Below are positions 1-13,178 of a DNA stretch of 64,000 bases, in pieces. Origin of the DNA: Zancudomyces culisetae HAW-14-8. Its lineage: Eukaryota; Fungi; Kickxellomycota. The DNA lies in assembly GCA_052426225.1 (NCBI GenBank), contig JBNJNM010000006.1, positions 1,364,001-1,428,000 of the forward strand, given 5' to 3'. A program made the position numbers and the translations under genes. The notes under the pieces were generated by a model. That model did not search any database. It saw only the letters and a list, made by a program, of their open reading frames with translations, and was not told the origin of the DNA. Positions within the stretch are counted from its first letter, which is position 1, and each line of letters opens with the position of its first letter.

Positions 1-116
1 ATATATCTGATTAAGAAGTTTTACTTTCCTTCGTTAAACGCTTAAAATTTGTGATTAATACCTATACATCTTATAACCCAGTGTTGTATTTAAAAAGAAA
101 AAAAAAGTTTAAAATA

Positions 117-641
117 ATGTTTGTAAAGAGATTGGCAATCGTTTCCTGTGTCCTACTTTTTGCTTCAACAATCAGTGGTCAAGAAACACCAATGCCAGAT
201 TCGGTACAAGAGCCAATGTCAGAACCAATGTCAGAGCAAGCTTCAGTTGCTACAGAAGCTCCAGGCTCCGTTGGTGATGAATACCCAGGAAATGTGTATG
301 ATAAACATGAATCCGAAGGAAATTCTCAAACTTTTGAACTTGGTAGTGCGCTTTCCAAAGTCAACAAGTCGGTGGGTGACAGATACACGATTGTTAGATT
401 TGACAACAGCCATCTGATGACCCATTTTGGCCCCAGTGGGATTAAAACCATGGAGGAAAAGTCAATGGACGTGTTGGAAATTGAGCTGAATAAGCCAATG
501 GAGCAGGAGACCCCAGCTGAAGTTGAGGGTAGTGAGGCGGAGGTAGCAGAGCAGAGCAGTGAAACTGTAGAACATGAACAACAGGGATATGGGCAGGAAA
601 ATGCGACATCACAGGAGTTTGAATTGACAGAATCTATGTAA
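117..641 (+). CDS. Small secreted acidic (E/S/Q-rich) protein, unknown function
   Basis: ATG at 117 is in frame with ORF 51..641. Signal-peptide-like N-terminus MFVKRLAIVSCVLLFASTISG-Q; low-complexity acidic body. Confidence 0.65.
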   Translation: MFVKRLAIVSCVLLFASTISGQETPMPDSVQEPMSEPMSEQASVATEAPGSVGDEYPGNVYDKHESEGNSQTFELGSALSKVNKSVGDRYTIVRFDNSHLMTHFGPSGIKTMEEKSMDVLEIELNKPMEQETPAEVEGSEAEVAEQSSETVEHEQQGYGQENATSQEFELTESM

Positions 642-1356
642 ACCCGAAGCACAACCCGAGACCTTATGTGGCTTGTCATTTTTGATGATGTTTAGGTTCT
701 ATTTCCTTATTTTGTAGAACTAATTTTATTTTTTAAAATCTTCGAGTTTGCGAATTAATGGCAACGCCTGCCACCTTTGTCTAATAAAAAACCAAAATAA
801 CCAAAAAGTTAAAGGAATGGCTATACTTGTAAATACACACAAAGTGGTAAATCTGGCGATACACATATCCTATGCACTCGTTTATCGTTTTGGTTAAAAA
901 ATGTAACTTAAGTTTGATATTTTTCCGCAAGTAATAAATTTATCAGTGGTATTCTTGATGAATTAAAAATGATCAGTATTTCTAGATTTTTAACCTGTGT
1001 AAAAGCTGAATATGAAAAGTAGATAAAATCAATAATATAATAAGAATCGTTTGATTGGCATTTAAATTAGAACCACCAACATATTTATAAAGGATAAACC
1101 CCCAAGGATAAGAAATGAATCCGATTTAAAGATAACAAAGGCCATATAAAGTAACCAAAATTTTGAAAAAGGAACAGTATATTTAACGAATATACCTGTT
1201 CATTCTCAAAATCCAATATCCTGACGTTGAAAACGCAAAAAAAAACAACAGTACAATATAATAATAGTAGAGCGAAAAAACTCGGTAGCTTAGTGACGGA
1301 GTAAAGGGAGTAGGTAGAATTGAAAAAAGTGGAGTTGCGGTACGAAAACGAAAGGG

Positions 1357-4125
1357 ATGGAACAAAGCCAACAAACGCAGGCTACCCAATTGGACGCAGA
1401 TACTCAAAATTATTGGCCCCTTGGGTATTTTGAAGGTCAAGATAGTATTCGACTCGAGGGGGTACAAAATGATGGCGATTTTGAAATGAAATATGGAGGG
1501 ATTGAGGGTAGACTAGTACGGGAATACAGACGAAAAACAGAGAATGCCGAGCTATTAAATCTACCCATGTACAAAAACATTCTTGAATCAATGGGTAAGC
1601 CCAAAGACAGCGAGTGTTAAAAAAATATCATTGTGTTTGTATATGATGATTACCAAAGAAAAAATAACTACAAGAGAAGGTTTACTTTATGTTTTTATGT
1701 AAACAAATAGAGGGATATCTACTTGGTAGCGGAGAACAATGTCATTTGCGACTGGAAGAGAGTGGAGGGAATAAAATACAGTGTACTATAAAAATGCAGC
1801 ACGAGAAGATTATGGATAAAAAGGAAATTTCAATGTTTGTGATATACAATGAATGTTGCAAAGCTCTTTTAGTCAATGGAGTGAAAATAGAACCCAATGA
1901 AAGGCGGTATATATTTGACAAAGATAAACTGAAAATAGGAGATATGGAATATAATGTGGAAATAATAAGCCAGCGAAGCTTATCAACTGAGGGCGAGCAG
2001 CAGCAATTTTCAGAAAAGGTTAGGGGAGAATATAAATTCATCGAACGGATCGGGAGCGGGAATTTTGCGGTGGTATGGTTGGCAATCGAGCTATGCTCAG
2101 GAAGAGAGTGTGCAGTTAAAGTTATAAACAAAAAGAAACAAATGCTGAAAACGGGACTAAACAAGGTGTTTGAACGAGAAATGTCGATAATACAGAAGCT
2201 CAGGCACAAACACATAGTCGAGTGTTACAAAGTAGAAGTTGATGATCATCGGATATATATTTTTATGGAATGCGTAAAAGGCGGTGATCTTCTAAGCTAC
2301 ATACTAGAAAATGGGTCGTTTAACGAAAAAGATAGCAGGAAAATGTTTGTCATGATTGCGAGTGCGGTTCGCTATTTACACCTAAACAATATTACTCACA
2401 GAGATATAAAGTTGGAAAACATTTTGGTAGATGTTAAAGACGACAAGGTGGCATCATTGAAGCTTGCAGACTTTGGGCTTGCAAAGCTGCTGGGAAACAA
2501 CGAAATGATGAAAACTATGTGCGGAACTCCGAGCTATTTGGCCCCCGAAATATTCTGTAACACAGGTAACACAGCTTATACAAAATCTGTGGATATATGG
2601 GCTGTTGGTGTCATTCTATATGCGTTAAACACAGCAGAATTTCCCTTCAGCAAAGTAAACATGACTGGTACAATGTCGGTATCTACCTTTTTGGCCCATT
2701 CGCAGTTGGTTTCATCAAATCCCAAGTATGCTAGAATGTCCGGACCACTAAAGGAACTAATAAATGGAATGCTCAACACAGATCCGATTGGTCGATTCAC
2801 AATAGATCAAACGTTGAAACACAGCTGGGTCGTTGGGGAGTTTGCATCTGAACAAGTTTATTACGCTGATTTAGTAACTACCGCAAAAAGCTCCCTTCAG
2901 TTCACTGTGAGAGTTTTTGGCGATTCCTGTACATTTGGGCGCAGCAAAACCAATAACATAACCCTTGATCATCCTAAAGTCAGTGCTCATAGTTTTATCT
3001 TGTTTTACGACAAGCCAGTATTATCAGATATATTTAGGAGCAGGGTCGTTGCCAAGTTTATGCGAACCGGGTAAGTTTTAAACATTCTCTATACTTTTTG
3101 TGGACTCAATATCCTTCAATTCATAACCTTTATTCTTTGGTTGTTACTTTTACAAAGTATTTCGCTATAAAAAATTAGTGGTGCGTCAATTTGGATAAAC
3201 GACAAACATATCGATGTAAACACAGTAGTTGATCTATTCAACAATGATATTCTCACCATTCTAAAATCTTCCAAACCAAATCGGCCTTGCATCGAGTTTC
3301 AGGTTAAAGCAAAACATCCACCTTCTAATATATTGGTATCGCACCAGAAATCTGTTTCAGCTTCAAACCAACAAATCCTTTCTGGTACCAGTGCTTCTCG
3401 CCCCGGATTGTGTTATACTTTCAGTCAGGACATCGTCGCTGTGACTTCTCGGCACGCCTCCGAGTCAAAGCCTTGGGCACAGTTGTATCTTATTGAAAAT
3501 GGTGCCCGTACTATAAACTGGTTACTCGTCAAATCATCATATCGTATTGGCCGACATGCGCACCCAGCAAACGATATTGTACTACCATTTAACATTATTA
3601 GTAACTATCATTTAACTATTTCCAAACCCACGGACCCAGTCTTTTTTTGCTGTGTAGCCGATAAATCTAGGTAATGAATTATATTTTTATATATTTTTAT
3701 ATGCTTGTAAAGTACAAAAAAAAAAGCGGGGAGGGGGGGGGGGAGGGAAAGGGTTAAACCGTGAGTACTTTTATTACTATTCTCTGTGATAATTTACTAA
3801 TACTGTAAATAACTAGCTAAATGTTGTCAATACTTTATATATTTATTTAAAAAATAGCACCAATGGAATTTGGTTAGACGGGACCTTGCTGGATCAAAAT
3901 GTTGATATCTTTTTGTCAAAAAGCGAGTATTTGGTTTTTCAATATCTGGATGATACGAATTCTATAAACTCAAAAACTGTAGTACAAAATAGTAAGAATC
4001 TCACCCTAATTGTGTATTTACCATGTTCTTGATAGCAAATCAATACCGATGCTGCTTCAATTTGTTATTATACGTAGGGGATAAAAGTGAGGGTTTTTTA
4101 TCTCATTACTAACTCGAATAATTAA
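1357..4125 (+). CDS. Rad53/Chk2/Dun1-family checkpoint Ser/Thr kinase with SQ/TQ N-terminus and FHA-like domains; multi-exon
   Basis: Kinase motifs GSGNFAVV, AVK, HRDIKLEN, DFG, CGTPSYLAPE; N-terminal SQQTQATQ. Frame-preserving GT-AG introns 1595-1710, 3071-3178, 3671-3857 and probably 3992-4077 join FHA motifs (FGR..HPKVS..H; IGR..IS.YH..DKSSTNGIW). 3' end approximate. Confidence 0.85.
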
Positions 4126-5349
4126 AACAAATAGTAAGGCTCGGATTGTATATATCAAACTATTCATTAGACTGAATTTTATACAATTGTTTAGATTTCT
4201 GCTTTCCAAACTATTATAATTATTTCAGACTGGACTCTGCAATCCTCAATCTTTAAGCATTAGAGCTTACGCATTTACTATTGTTTAATTAATAAAAAGG
4301 TGAATAGGCAATTGGTTAGGTAGTTTATATACCCAGACTTGTAAGTTTTGATTGCAGGTAAAAAAGGGAGCATTTAAAAGTATATACTATCTAAATTTTT
4401 GCCATTAGTGATAACTTGAATTGTAATCTTGAAAAAACATTTCTTTTAATATGAGAATCTACATACAATATTGTTTTAAGTCAAAAGAATTGAAATTATA
4501 AAATATTTGTATTATTCAATTCGATTATTATACATTAAATAATCATAATAATACCAATGAAGTCTGAACAGGTATTGGTCATTTAATGTTCTCTATAAGA
4601 TTATTTCTAATAAAAAAAGCGAAAATTCTATGCCAAAGCTAAATTGACGTTTTGCTGAATATGTATGTAAATAAATTTTTAAAAAATGTTTCTATGAGAG
4701 TATCGTGTAGGATTTTTCAAACGAGTCTCTTAGATCATGATTAACAAGTTAATGACATTGATTGAACTTCATTAGTTCCATCATTCTGGGAACTATATGA
4801 TTTAGTAAAATTACTTTTCCTTAGTTGTTTGTTGAGTTTGGACTAAAAAATTCGTCAAAATTTCGAGTTGATTATTACGTATTAACAATGTTAAAAGTTG
4901 CAAGTAAATAATAATTTAAATTTGACAATATCTCTAGTTTAGCTAGTTTAGATTATATATAAATAATGCGAATAATTAATCTACTTTGATTCAGTATCGC
5001 CCAGCAAAAAATAGTATTTTAGTAAATATTTTAATAATTATATTAAAAGAATGTTTTATAATGTTTAAATTATAAAATTTATAATTGATGCTATTATATG
5101 CAGTTTATTGTGAAATTGAAACTAAAGTTCAATTTAAAAATAATTATACTGGTTATATATAATTTTCACTAAACTATAAATAACTTAGTACTAGAAATAC
5201 TAATAAGGTAGGAGAAAATAATAATCTAGAGTTTCGAGTAAACACAGTAGGATGTCCGGGCAATTCTTATTATGATAAGATTTCTTGTAGATCTTAAATT
5301 CTTCCAGGCAAAAGCCGTATTATGTTATTGTTTCTATCTACGACTAAAA

Positions 5350-7385
5350 TATAGTCTATTAAACTTACTTTAAATCTCATTTGATTTATCCGGTATTTTT
5401 ATTGGTATATTATATAGAATAAATAAAATACGTTTGAAATAGACTAAATATTATAATGTCGTTATCCAAAGGTTAGTTAGTTATAAACCAAGTTAGAAAT
5501 TAGAAATTGACCCGTCCCGTGAAGTATTTGGTAGAAAAAGTTACCAAGTATCATGTTAAGGATTTTCACTACACGACACTGTTGTATGCTTAGTTCTATC
5601 CGAGCTAAACTATTGGATGAACAGCATACAGCTTCTCAAACACCGAATAACCACCGTTATCTCGGGTGTTCGAGCTAGTAATCTGGGATTACTAGGGTGA
5701 AATTATCACCCAAAATGTTGGTGAAATAGTTAGTTTAATTGTGTTATTTTAAGTTTTTACTATATAAAGTTCTAATAAAATAGCTAGTCAGGTACTAGTA
5801 TATTACTAGTAACTCCACCACACGTTTGGTAAGTTTATCATTTCGTTTTATAAAGTTAATCGTTAAATAAAATTAAATTAGCTCTAAAATACCATATTTT
5901 ACTCTATAAAATTGAAATTTGTGATTTGAGCAAAAACCTACCTAAAACCAAAAAAAAACATAGGTAGTGAAGCGTAACACAATTTTCAAAGGGTATCAGA
6001 AAGGTATCAGTGTCTAATTTTTGAACCAAAATTAATTGTTTTGTACACCAAATTTTAGGAGTTGGGCGTAATTTTACCCAGTTTTATCGCATTTATTGAA
6101 GTAATAAATACATAAAACTAAATAAAATATAAGCTAAAAAGGTAGGGTTGACTGGTTAAATAAAGTATAACTTTCTCCAGTAACAATCCCCCTCTATTAG
6201 CAGAACTTTTTGTAGGTTTAGTTGCGGAAATTTACTGAGAAATTTTGTGCAATCTAAAATTACAACAAATATTGTCGTATAATAATACGATGGGAACTAA
6301 AATTGATTGAGATTTATCATCTCAATTTTTATCTATCTAGTTATTGATTTTTATAGGTTATCTTTATTTTTAGATTGGACCTTTTTCCCCTTGTGGTTTT
6401 TGTCCAACGATTATTAGTTAGTTAGTTTAAGTTATAGTTTCATAGTTTTAATCAGAAATCGGGGGTAAAAGGAATCCCCCACTATATTCTAAATAAAAAT
6501 TATCTTTCAACAAAATAATATTGTGTCTAGCTACAATATATCTATTAGTACAACATTATAAATAAATATACAATATATAGTAGTATTAAATTCATTAATA
6601 ATCATAATAAGAATAAACAATAGAGAAGGCTGTTTATTCGTCACGACTGTAGTATTTTTATTATTTGTATACTAGTGAATATTTATTTATTAAGTTTTAT
6701 TATATATATAAAGTAATAAGATACTTAAAATAATAGTTCGATGCTTCCTTTCAAAAAGTGAAGAAAAGTTGGGGTTTATATAGTTTTTCTGTATGTCAAC
6801 ATTGTTTTGAAATCACTAACATGTTCTTCTGTTGTTCAAACATGTTTTATTAATTGATGCGTTGTTTATCTTTTCTACCCCTAAATTTCTTATCATGTTA
6901 ACAGTTTACTCAAAACAGCATCGTTACCCCGTGTTAAACACACGTGGTTTGGTGTAATTTATCCGCATGATAAATTACACTGATTTATTTTGAAACATAT
7001 AAATGCGTTAATAAAATTAAATGATATTAATACTAAGAATTAAACAAATGTATGGGGAAAAACCCAGTGGGAAAAAGTGCCCATACATATACTATTAAAA
7101 CTAATATGACACGACTGTTGTATGCAAAATAGAATGTTTGCATACTATTGGTTAATTTTATAGTTAGTAATTTTATTAGTTTTTCTAGTAAAATTTAGTA
7201 TTTAGAAAAATATTATTTTGATTCTTAATTAAATTGTCAAATTTTGACCCATATAAATGTTCCGGTTCCATTTATATGTATGACTAGAAATTGGTAACTA
7301 GTTAAAAGGGATAAACCCAGTCTAGTGATACCACCCCTCTAGTAGAACCAGTTAGAATTGATAATAAATTGAATCTAACACAACA
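5350..7385 (+). repeat. Solo-LTR stack (array 1) upstream of tRNA-Thr 13955
   Basis: Abutting TG...CA units: ~5350-5578 (decayed), 5580-6267, 6273-6643, 6648-7111 (CGAC TSD on both sides), 7116-7385. Several recur elsewhere in the window. Confidence 0.8.
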
Positions 7386-7797
7386 ACTGTGTCGCATTAT
7401 TAACAATTTGTACAATAGCACGTGGATGTGCCTGAAAATGGTACACTCAGTGCGAAAATGCAAATTCATTTTTGTTTACTTTTTTTAAATAAAATAATTT
7501 TGAGCTCAGTATGCAATCAATTTTTCATACTGAGCTAGTTCAATAATGATGAATGTAAAATGTAAAATGATCCCATGCATTTTACATTTATCATTAATAA
7601 CAAGCAAATTAGTAATAATATTATAACAATAGTCATATTTTAGTATTTAGTTTTTATATAGTGGTTTAACATTCGAATAGTATATTTAAGGAGACGTATG
7701 GATGACATATGAAAACATCATCCATGTCTCGATACGGAATACTATAATAAAATAATTAAATAAAATCAAATATAAACCAAAAGATAAATTAGCAATA

Positions 7798-10278
7798 ATG
7801 TTTTTAAACAGTTGGATTGGAACCGAATGTGACTCCAGGAGGGAGTCACACACTTCTACCAGCATGAGCAGGGGCAGCAGCATGGATCAGGATGCAGGGG
7901 TATTAAGTCCCCGCACCCTTGGTGAGTTGACAGAAAGTGTCCGTCAACTCCAGATCCGTAGGAGCCCGGAAGAAATGTCGGTGAGTACAATTTCACCGAC
8001 ACTGTACAGGGGTATTAGCTCACCCGAGCACCCCTCGATGCACATTGCATTACGCAATAGAAGTGCATCAACCATCAGTGATCGTACCAGAACCGGTATA
8101 ACACGTGATGGTAGCGCTAATGGAAGTAGTGATACTTCACATTATGCGACATGGCGTCAGCGACAGGATCATCATTCTACTGATGATCACATGGATAGAA
8201 GACCGATGAGTGCAAGCCCGGAATTGTATGAATCACCAGCACTGTACTTCTCACCTAGAAGTTCTGATAGTGCGAGAACACCGTCACCACCTAGTCCCAC
8301 GACGGCACAAGTTGCGAAAAGATTGTTTGTAAGCGGGGTTAATAAAATAAAGGAGTACGCACCGAAAACCATTGAAATTTTTAATTTTGATACTGCACCA
8401 GGAAAACAAAAAGAAAATACTAAAACAGAAGCGAGTACCAGCAAAATAAGACAACAAGTAATAGGGAGTAAATCAGCTAAAGAAGTGTTGGAATCAAACG
8501 TGAAGGCTACTCAGGAGCGAATGAGGAAAGGTCAAGATAACAATGCACCAGGTTGGTTACCAGTACCACCGGCACCGTTTAGCAATTCATGGGATCAAGA
8601 TCCCGAGGAGTTTTTGAATAAGTTTTGCAAACATGTGAACTCATTGGAGCAGATTTTAACATTAGAGGAAACTTACCAGTACTTGGAAACTTTGTTGGAA
8701 GGCTCGATAAAGAAAACTTTAATGGATCTTATGGTTATAGAAGACAACTGGGAAGATTATTGCAAAATGTTTATAAACACTTGCAATAAATACAGGGATA
8801 CTTCGGAGGCACGGAAACAGTTTGAAAAGTACAATTTATATATTAATAACCCAATAACAACTTTTGCAGATTTAAAGAGATTATTTAAAAATATGAAAGT
8901 TGATGACGAAACTAAAATGACAGAAGAAGTTTTTAAAAAACTAAACCCGTCGGATAAACAGCATTTAAGGAATAATAAGGAAAGTATTACCATGAAGTCA
9001 ATGTTAAAATATATGTTACAACGTGAGGAAGATATATTGGAATCGAAAAAGGCTCAGGGAAAAATAAATACAAAATCAGATAATAACAAAAATACTAAAA
9101 TTACAAATACATATAAAAAACATTTTGAGAATAACACTATTCAGAATGGTAACAAAAGTGATTATTATAACAGTGAAGAGCAGGATAATAACCAGTTTAA
9201 AATTAGAGGGTTAACAAGGAAAATATCGGAAGATAAATACGAAACTCCAACCAAAGCAGGGAAACAGCAGCGGTCAGACATTAGTAAGGTAAAGTGCTAT
9301 AAGTGTCAACAATACGGACATTATGCTAATAACTGTTCGACAGAGCTGGAAGACATAGAGATGAGAACAGCAACACCAATAAAGAGAATTGAGGATAACC
9401 CGAAGGAAATAAATTGGGTCGAAGTACAAGAAGGAACCAATGAACATCCCATATACACCCAGGACGAATTAAGCACCAAGATAAATGCTATCATAGGCAA
9501 AGTAAAAATTAACGGCAATGAAACCAGTTTTCAATACGACAGCGGAGCTGCCACAAACTTGATGAGTCACACCATGGCAGAAACTCTTGGATTAGGGATA
9601 GGAGAAGAAACAGATACTACTTTAGTAGGAATAGGAGGACACCAGTCTAAGCCAAAGTATTACCCATCAGTGAAGTTAAATTTTGATACGTTTACACTAA
9701 ATGCACCTATATATTCTATAGAAAATGGAAAACCAAACTTACTGTTGTTAGGAGTTGACTTAATTGCAAGCTTGAAAGCTAACATAAATTTGAAAGACAA
9801 CCTGATAACCTGCACAATAAAAGGGATAAATCATAAAATACCGATAGCTTTAAGAAAGGAGGATTCGAGCGTAATCAAGGAAAACAAAAAAATTTGTAAC
9901 ACTGTTGAAGTTTTGGCCAAAACGAACCCAAAGTCTAGTAAGAAAAAGATTGGGAAAACTACAAAACATAACTATTACAATAATGAAATGGAACTTACCG
10001 ACTGGAAAAATTCAGGAGAGAAAACCATGATTCAGGACCATAATTGTAAAAATTCGAAATCTAACAAAGTTACAAAGGTCAAATGTGAAAACAGTATACT
10101 GGAAAATTTTAAAATTAAGGACCTACAATTAAAATCTAAAAATATAAATGAAAACGAAAATGAAAATTGGAAATTTGAACATGATACAAAAGACAAATGC
10201 ATATCAAGAGACCTAACCGAAAACAAAAAAATAAAACAACCAACGACAGTTCCAATGATCGAGGACGATCAGACTTAA
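7798..10278 (+). CDS. Gag-aspartic protease polyprotein, copy 1 (ORF starts inside the LTR)
   Basis: CCHC knuckle CYKCQQYGHYANNC; protease motifs YDSGA and LLLGVD; stop immediately before the PPT. Confidence 0.88.
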   Translation: MFLNSWIGTECDSRRESHTSTSMSRGSSMDQDAGVLSPRTLGELTESVRQLQIRRSPEEMSVSTISPTLYRGISSPEHPSMHIALRNRSASTISDRTRTGITRDGSANGSSDTSHYATWRQRQDHHSTDDHMDRRPMSASPELYESPALYFSPRSSDSARTPSPPSPTTAQVAKRLFVSGVNKIKEYAPKTIEIFNFDTAPGKQKENTKTEASTSKIRQQVIGSKSAKEVLESNVKATQERMRKGQDNNAPGWLPVPPAPFSNSWDQDPEEFLNKFCKHVNSLEQILTLEETYQYLETLLEGSIKKTLMDLMVIEDNWEDYCKMFINTCNKYRDTSEARKQFEKYNLYINNPITTFADLKRLFKNMKVDDETKMTEEVFKKLNPSDKQHLRNNKESITMKSMLKYMLQREEDILESKKAQGKINTKSDNNKNTKITNTYKKHFENNTIQNGNKSDYYNSEEQDNNQFKIRGLTRKISEDKYETPTKAGKQQRSDISKVKCYKCQQYGHYANNCSTELEDIEMRTATPIKRIEDNPKEINWVEVQEGTNEHPIYTQDELSTKINAIIGKVKINGNETSFQYDSGAATNLMSHTMAETLGLGIGEETDTTLVGIGGHQSKPKYYPSVKLNFDTFTLNAPIYSIENGKPNLLLLGVDLIASLKANINLKDNLITCTIKGINHKIPIALRKEDSSVIKENKKICNTVEVLAKTNPKSSKKKIGKTTKHNYYNNEMELTDWKNSGEKTMIQDHNCKNSKSNKVTKVKCENSILENFKIKDLQLKSKNINENENENWKFEHDTKDKCISRDLTENKKIKQPTTVPMIEDDQT

Positions 10279-10697
10279 AAGGGGAGGAATGTCGCATTAT
10301 TAACAATTTGTACAATAGCACGTGGATGTGCCTGAAAATGGTACACTCAGTGCGAAAATGCAAATTCATTTTTGTTTACTTTTTTTAAATAAAATAATTT
10401 TGAGCTCAGTATGCAATCAATTTTTCATACTGAGCTAGTTCAATAATGATGAATGTAAAATGTAAAATGATCCCATGCATTTTACATTTATCATTAATAA
10501 CAAGCAAATTAGTAATAATATTATAACAATAGTCATATTTTAGTATTTAGTTTTTATATAGTGGTTTAACATTCGAATAGTATATTTAAGGAGACGTATG
10601 GATGACATATGAAAACATCATCCATGTCTCGATACGGAATACTATAATAAAATAATTAAATAAAATCAAATATAAACCAAAAGATAAATTAGCAATA

Positions 10698-13178
10698 ATG
10701 TTTTTAAACAGTTGGATTGGAACCGAATGTGACTCCAGGAGGGAGTCACACACTTCTACCAGCATGAGCAGGGGCAGCAGCATGGATCAGGATGCAGGGG
10801 TATTAAGTCCCCGCACCCTTGGTGAGTTGACAGAAAGTGTCCGTCAACTCCAGATCCGTAGGAGCCCGGAAGAAATGTCGGTGAGTACAATTTCACCGAC
10901 ACTGTACAGGGGTATTAGCTCACCCGAGCACCCCTCGATGCACATTGCATTACGCAATAGAAGTGCATCAACCATCAGTGATCGTACCAGAACCGGTATA
11001 ACACGTGATGGTAGCGCTAATGGAAGTAGTGATACTTCACATTATGCGACATGGCGTCAGCGACAGGATCATCATTCTACTGATGATCACATGGATAGAA
11101 GACCGATGAGTGCAAGCCCGGAATTGTATGAATCACCAGCACTGTACTTCTCACCTAGAAGTTCTGATAGTGCGAGAACACCGTCACCACCTAGTCCCAC
11201 GACGGCACAAGTTGCGAAAAGATTGTTTGTAAGCGGGGTTAATAAAATAAAGGAGTACGCACCGAAAACCATTGAAATTTTTAATTTTGATACTGCACCA
11301 GGAAAACAAAAAGAAAATACTAAAACAGAAGCGAGTACCAGCAAAATAAGACAACAAGTAATAGGGAGTAAATCAGCTAAAGAAGTGTTGGAATCAAACG
11401 TGAAGGCTACTCAGGAGCGAATGAGGAAAGGTCAAGATAACAATGCACCAGGTTGGTTACCAGTACCACCGGCACCGTTTAGCAATTCATGGGATCAAGA
11501 TCCCGAGGAGTTTTTGAATAAGTTTTGCAAACATGTGAACTCATTGGAGCAGATTTTAACATTAGAGGAAACTTACCAGTACTTGGAAACTTTGTTGGAA
11601 GGCTCGATAAAGAAAACTTTAATGGATCTTATGGTTATAGAAGACAACTGGGAAGATTATTGCAAAATGTTTATAAACACTTGCAATAAATACAGGGATA
11701 CTTCGGAGGCACGGAAACAGTTTGAAAAGTACAATTTATATATTAATAACCCAATAACAACTTTTGCAGATTTAAAGAGATTATTTAAAAATATGAAAGT
11801 TGATGACGAAACTAAAATGACAGAAGAAGTTTTTAAAAAACTAAACCCGTCGGATAAACAGCATTTAAGGAATAATAAGGAAAGTATTACCATGAAGTCA
11901 ATGTTAAAATATATGTTACAACGTGAGGAAGATATATTGGAATCGAAAAAGGCTCAGGGAAAAATAAATACAAAATCAGATAATAACAAAAATACTAAAA
12001 TTACAAATACATATAAAAAACATTTTGAGAATAACACTATTCAGAATGGTAACAAAAGTGATTATTATAACAGTGAAGAGCAGGATAATAACCAGTTTAA
12101 AATTAGAGGGTTAACAAGGAAAATATCGGAAGATAAATACGAAACTCCAACCAAAGCAGGGAAACAGCAGCGGTCAGACATTAGTAAGGTAAAGTGCTAT
12201 AAGTGTCAACAATACGGACATTATGCTAATAACTGTTCGACAGAGCTGGAAGACATAGAGATGAGAACAGCAACACCAATAAAGAGAATTGAGGATAACC
12301 CGAAGGAAATAAATTGGGTCGAAGTACAAGAAGGAACCAATGAACATCCCATATACACCCAGGACGAATTAAGCACCAAGATAAATGCTATCATAGGCAA
12401 AGTAAAAATTAACGGCAATGAAACCAGTTTTCAATACGACAGCGGAGCTGCCACAAACTTGATGAGTCACACCATGGCAGAAACTCTTGGATTAGGGATA
12501 GGAGAAGAAACAGATACTACTTTAGTAGGAATAGGAGGACACCAGTCTAAGCCAAAGTATTACCCATCAGTGAAGTTAAATTTTGATACGTTTACACTAA
12601 ATGCACCTATATATTCTATAGAAAATGGAAAACCAAACTTACTGTTGTTAGGAGTTGACTTAATTGCAAGCTTGAAAGCTAACATAAATTTGAAAGACAA
12701 CCTGATAACCTGCACAATAAAAGGGATAAATCATAAAATACCGATAGCTTTAAGAAAGGAGGATTCGAGCGTAATCAAGGAAAACAAAAAAATTTGTAAC
12801 ACTGTTGAAGTTTTGGCCAAAACGAACCCAAAGTCTAGTAAGAAAAAGATTGGGAAAACTACAAAACATAACTATTACAATAATGAAATGGAACTTACCG
12901 ACTGGAAAAATTCAGGAGAGAAAACCATGATTCAGGACCATAATTGTAAAAATTCGAAATCTAACAAAGTTACAAAGGTCAAATGTGAAAACAGTATACT
13001 GGAAAATTTTAAAATTAAGGACCTACAATTAAAATCTAAAAATATAAATGAAAACGAAAATGAAAATTGGAAATTTGAACATGATACAAAAGACAAATGC
13101 ATATCAAGAGACCTAACCGAAAACAAAAAAATAAAACAACCAACGACAGTTCCAATGATCGAGGACGATCAGACTTAA
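10698..13178 (+). CDS. Gag-aspartic protease polyprotein, copy 2
   Basis: Translation identical to 7798..10278. Confidence 0.88.
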   Translation: MFLNSWIGTECDSRRESHTSTSMSRGSSMDQDAGVLSPRTLGELTESVRQLQIRRSPEEMSVSTISPTLYRGISSPEHPSMHIALRNRSASTISDRTRTGITRDGSANGSSDTSHYATWRQRQDHHSTDDHMDRRPMSASPELYESPALYFSPRSSDSARTPSPPSPTTAQVAKRLFVSGVNKIKEYAPKTIEIFNFDTAPGKQKENTKTEASTSKIRQQVIGSKSAKEVLESNVKATQERMRKGQDNNAPGWLPVPPAPFSNSWDQDPEEFLNKFCKHVNSLEQILTLEETYQYLETLLEGSIKKTLMDLMVIEDNWEDYCKMFINTCNKYRDTSEARKQFEKYNLYINNPITTFADLKRLFKNMKVDDETKMTEEVFKKLNPSDKQHLRNNKESITMKSMLKYMLQREEDILESKKAQGKINTKSDNNKNTKITNTYKKHFENNTIQNGNKSDYYNSEEQDNNQFKIRGLTRKISEDKYETPTKAGKQQRSDISKVKCYKCQQYGHYANNCSTELEDIEMRTATPIKRIEDNPKEINWVEVQEGTNEHPIYTQDELSTKINAIIGKVKINGNETSFQYDSGAATNLMSHTMAETLGLGIGEETDTTLVGIGGHQSKPKYYPSVKLNFDTFTLNAPIYSIENGKPNLLLLGVDLIASLKANINLKDNLITCTIKGINHKIPIALRKEDSSVIKENKKICNTVEVLAKTNPKSSKKKIGKTTKHNYYNNEMELTDWKNSGEKTMIQDHNCKNSKSNKVTKVKCENSILENFKIKDLQLKSKNINENENENWKFEHDTKDKCISRDLTENKKIKQPTTVPMIEDDQT

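Noticed and set aside
51-116. N-terminal extension of the first ORF from a GTG start
   Set aside because: The ATG at 117 directly precedes a signal peptide and is the more plausible eukaryotic start.
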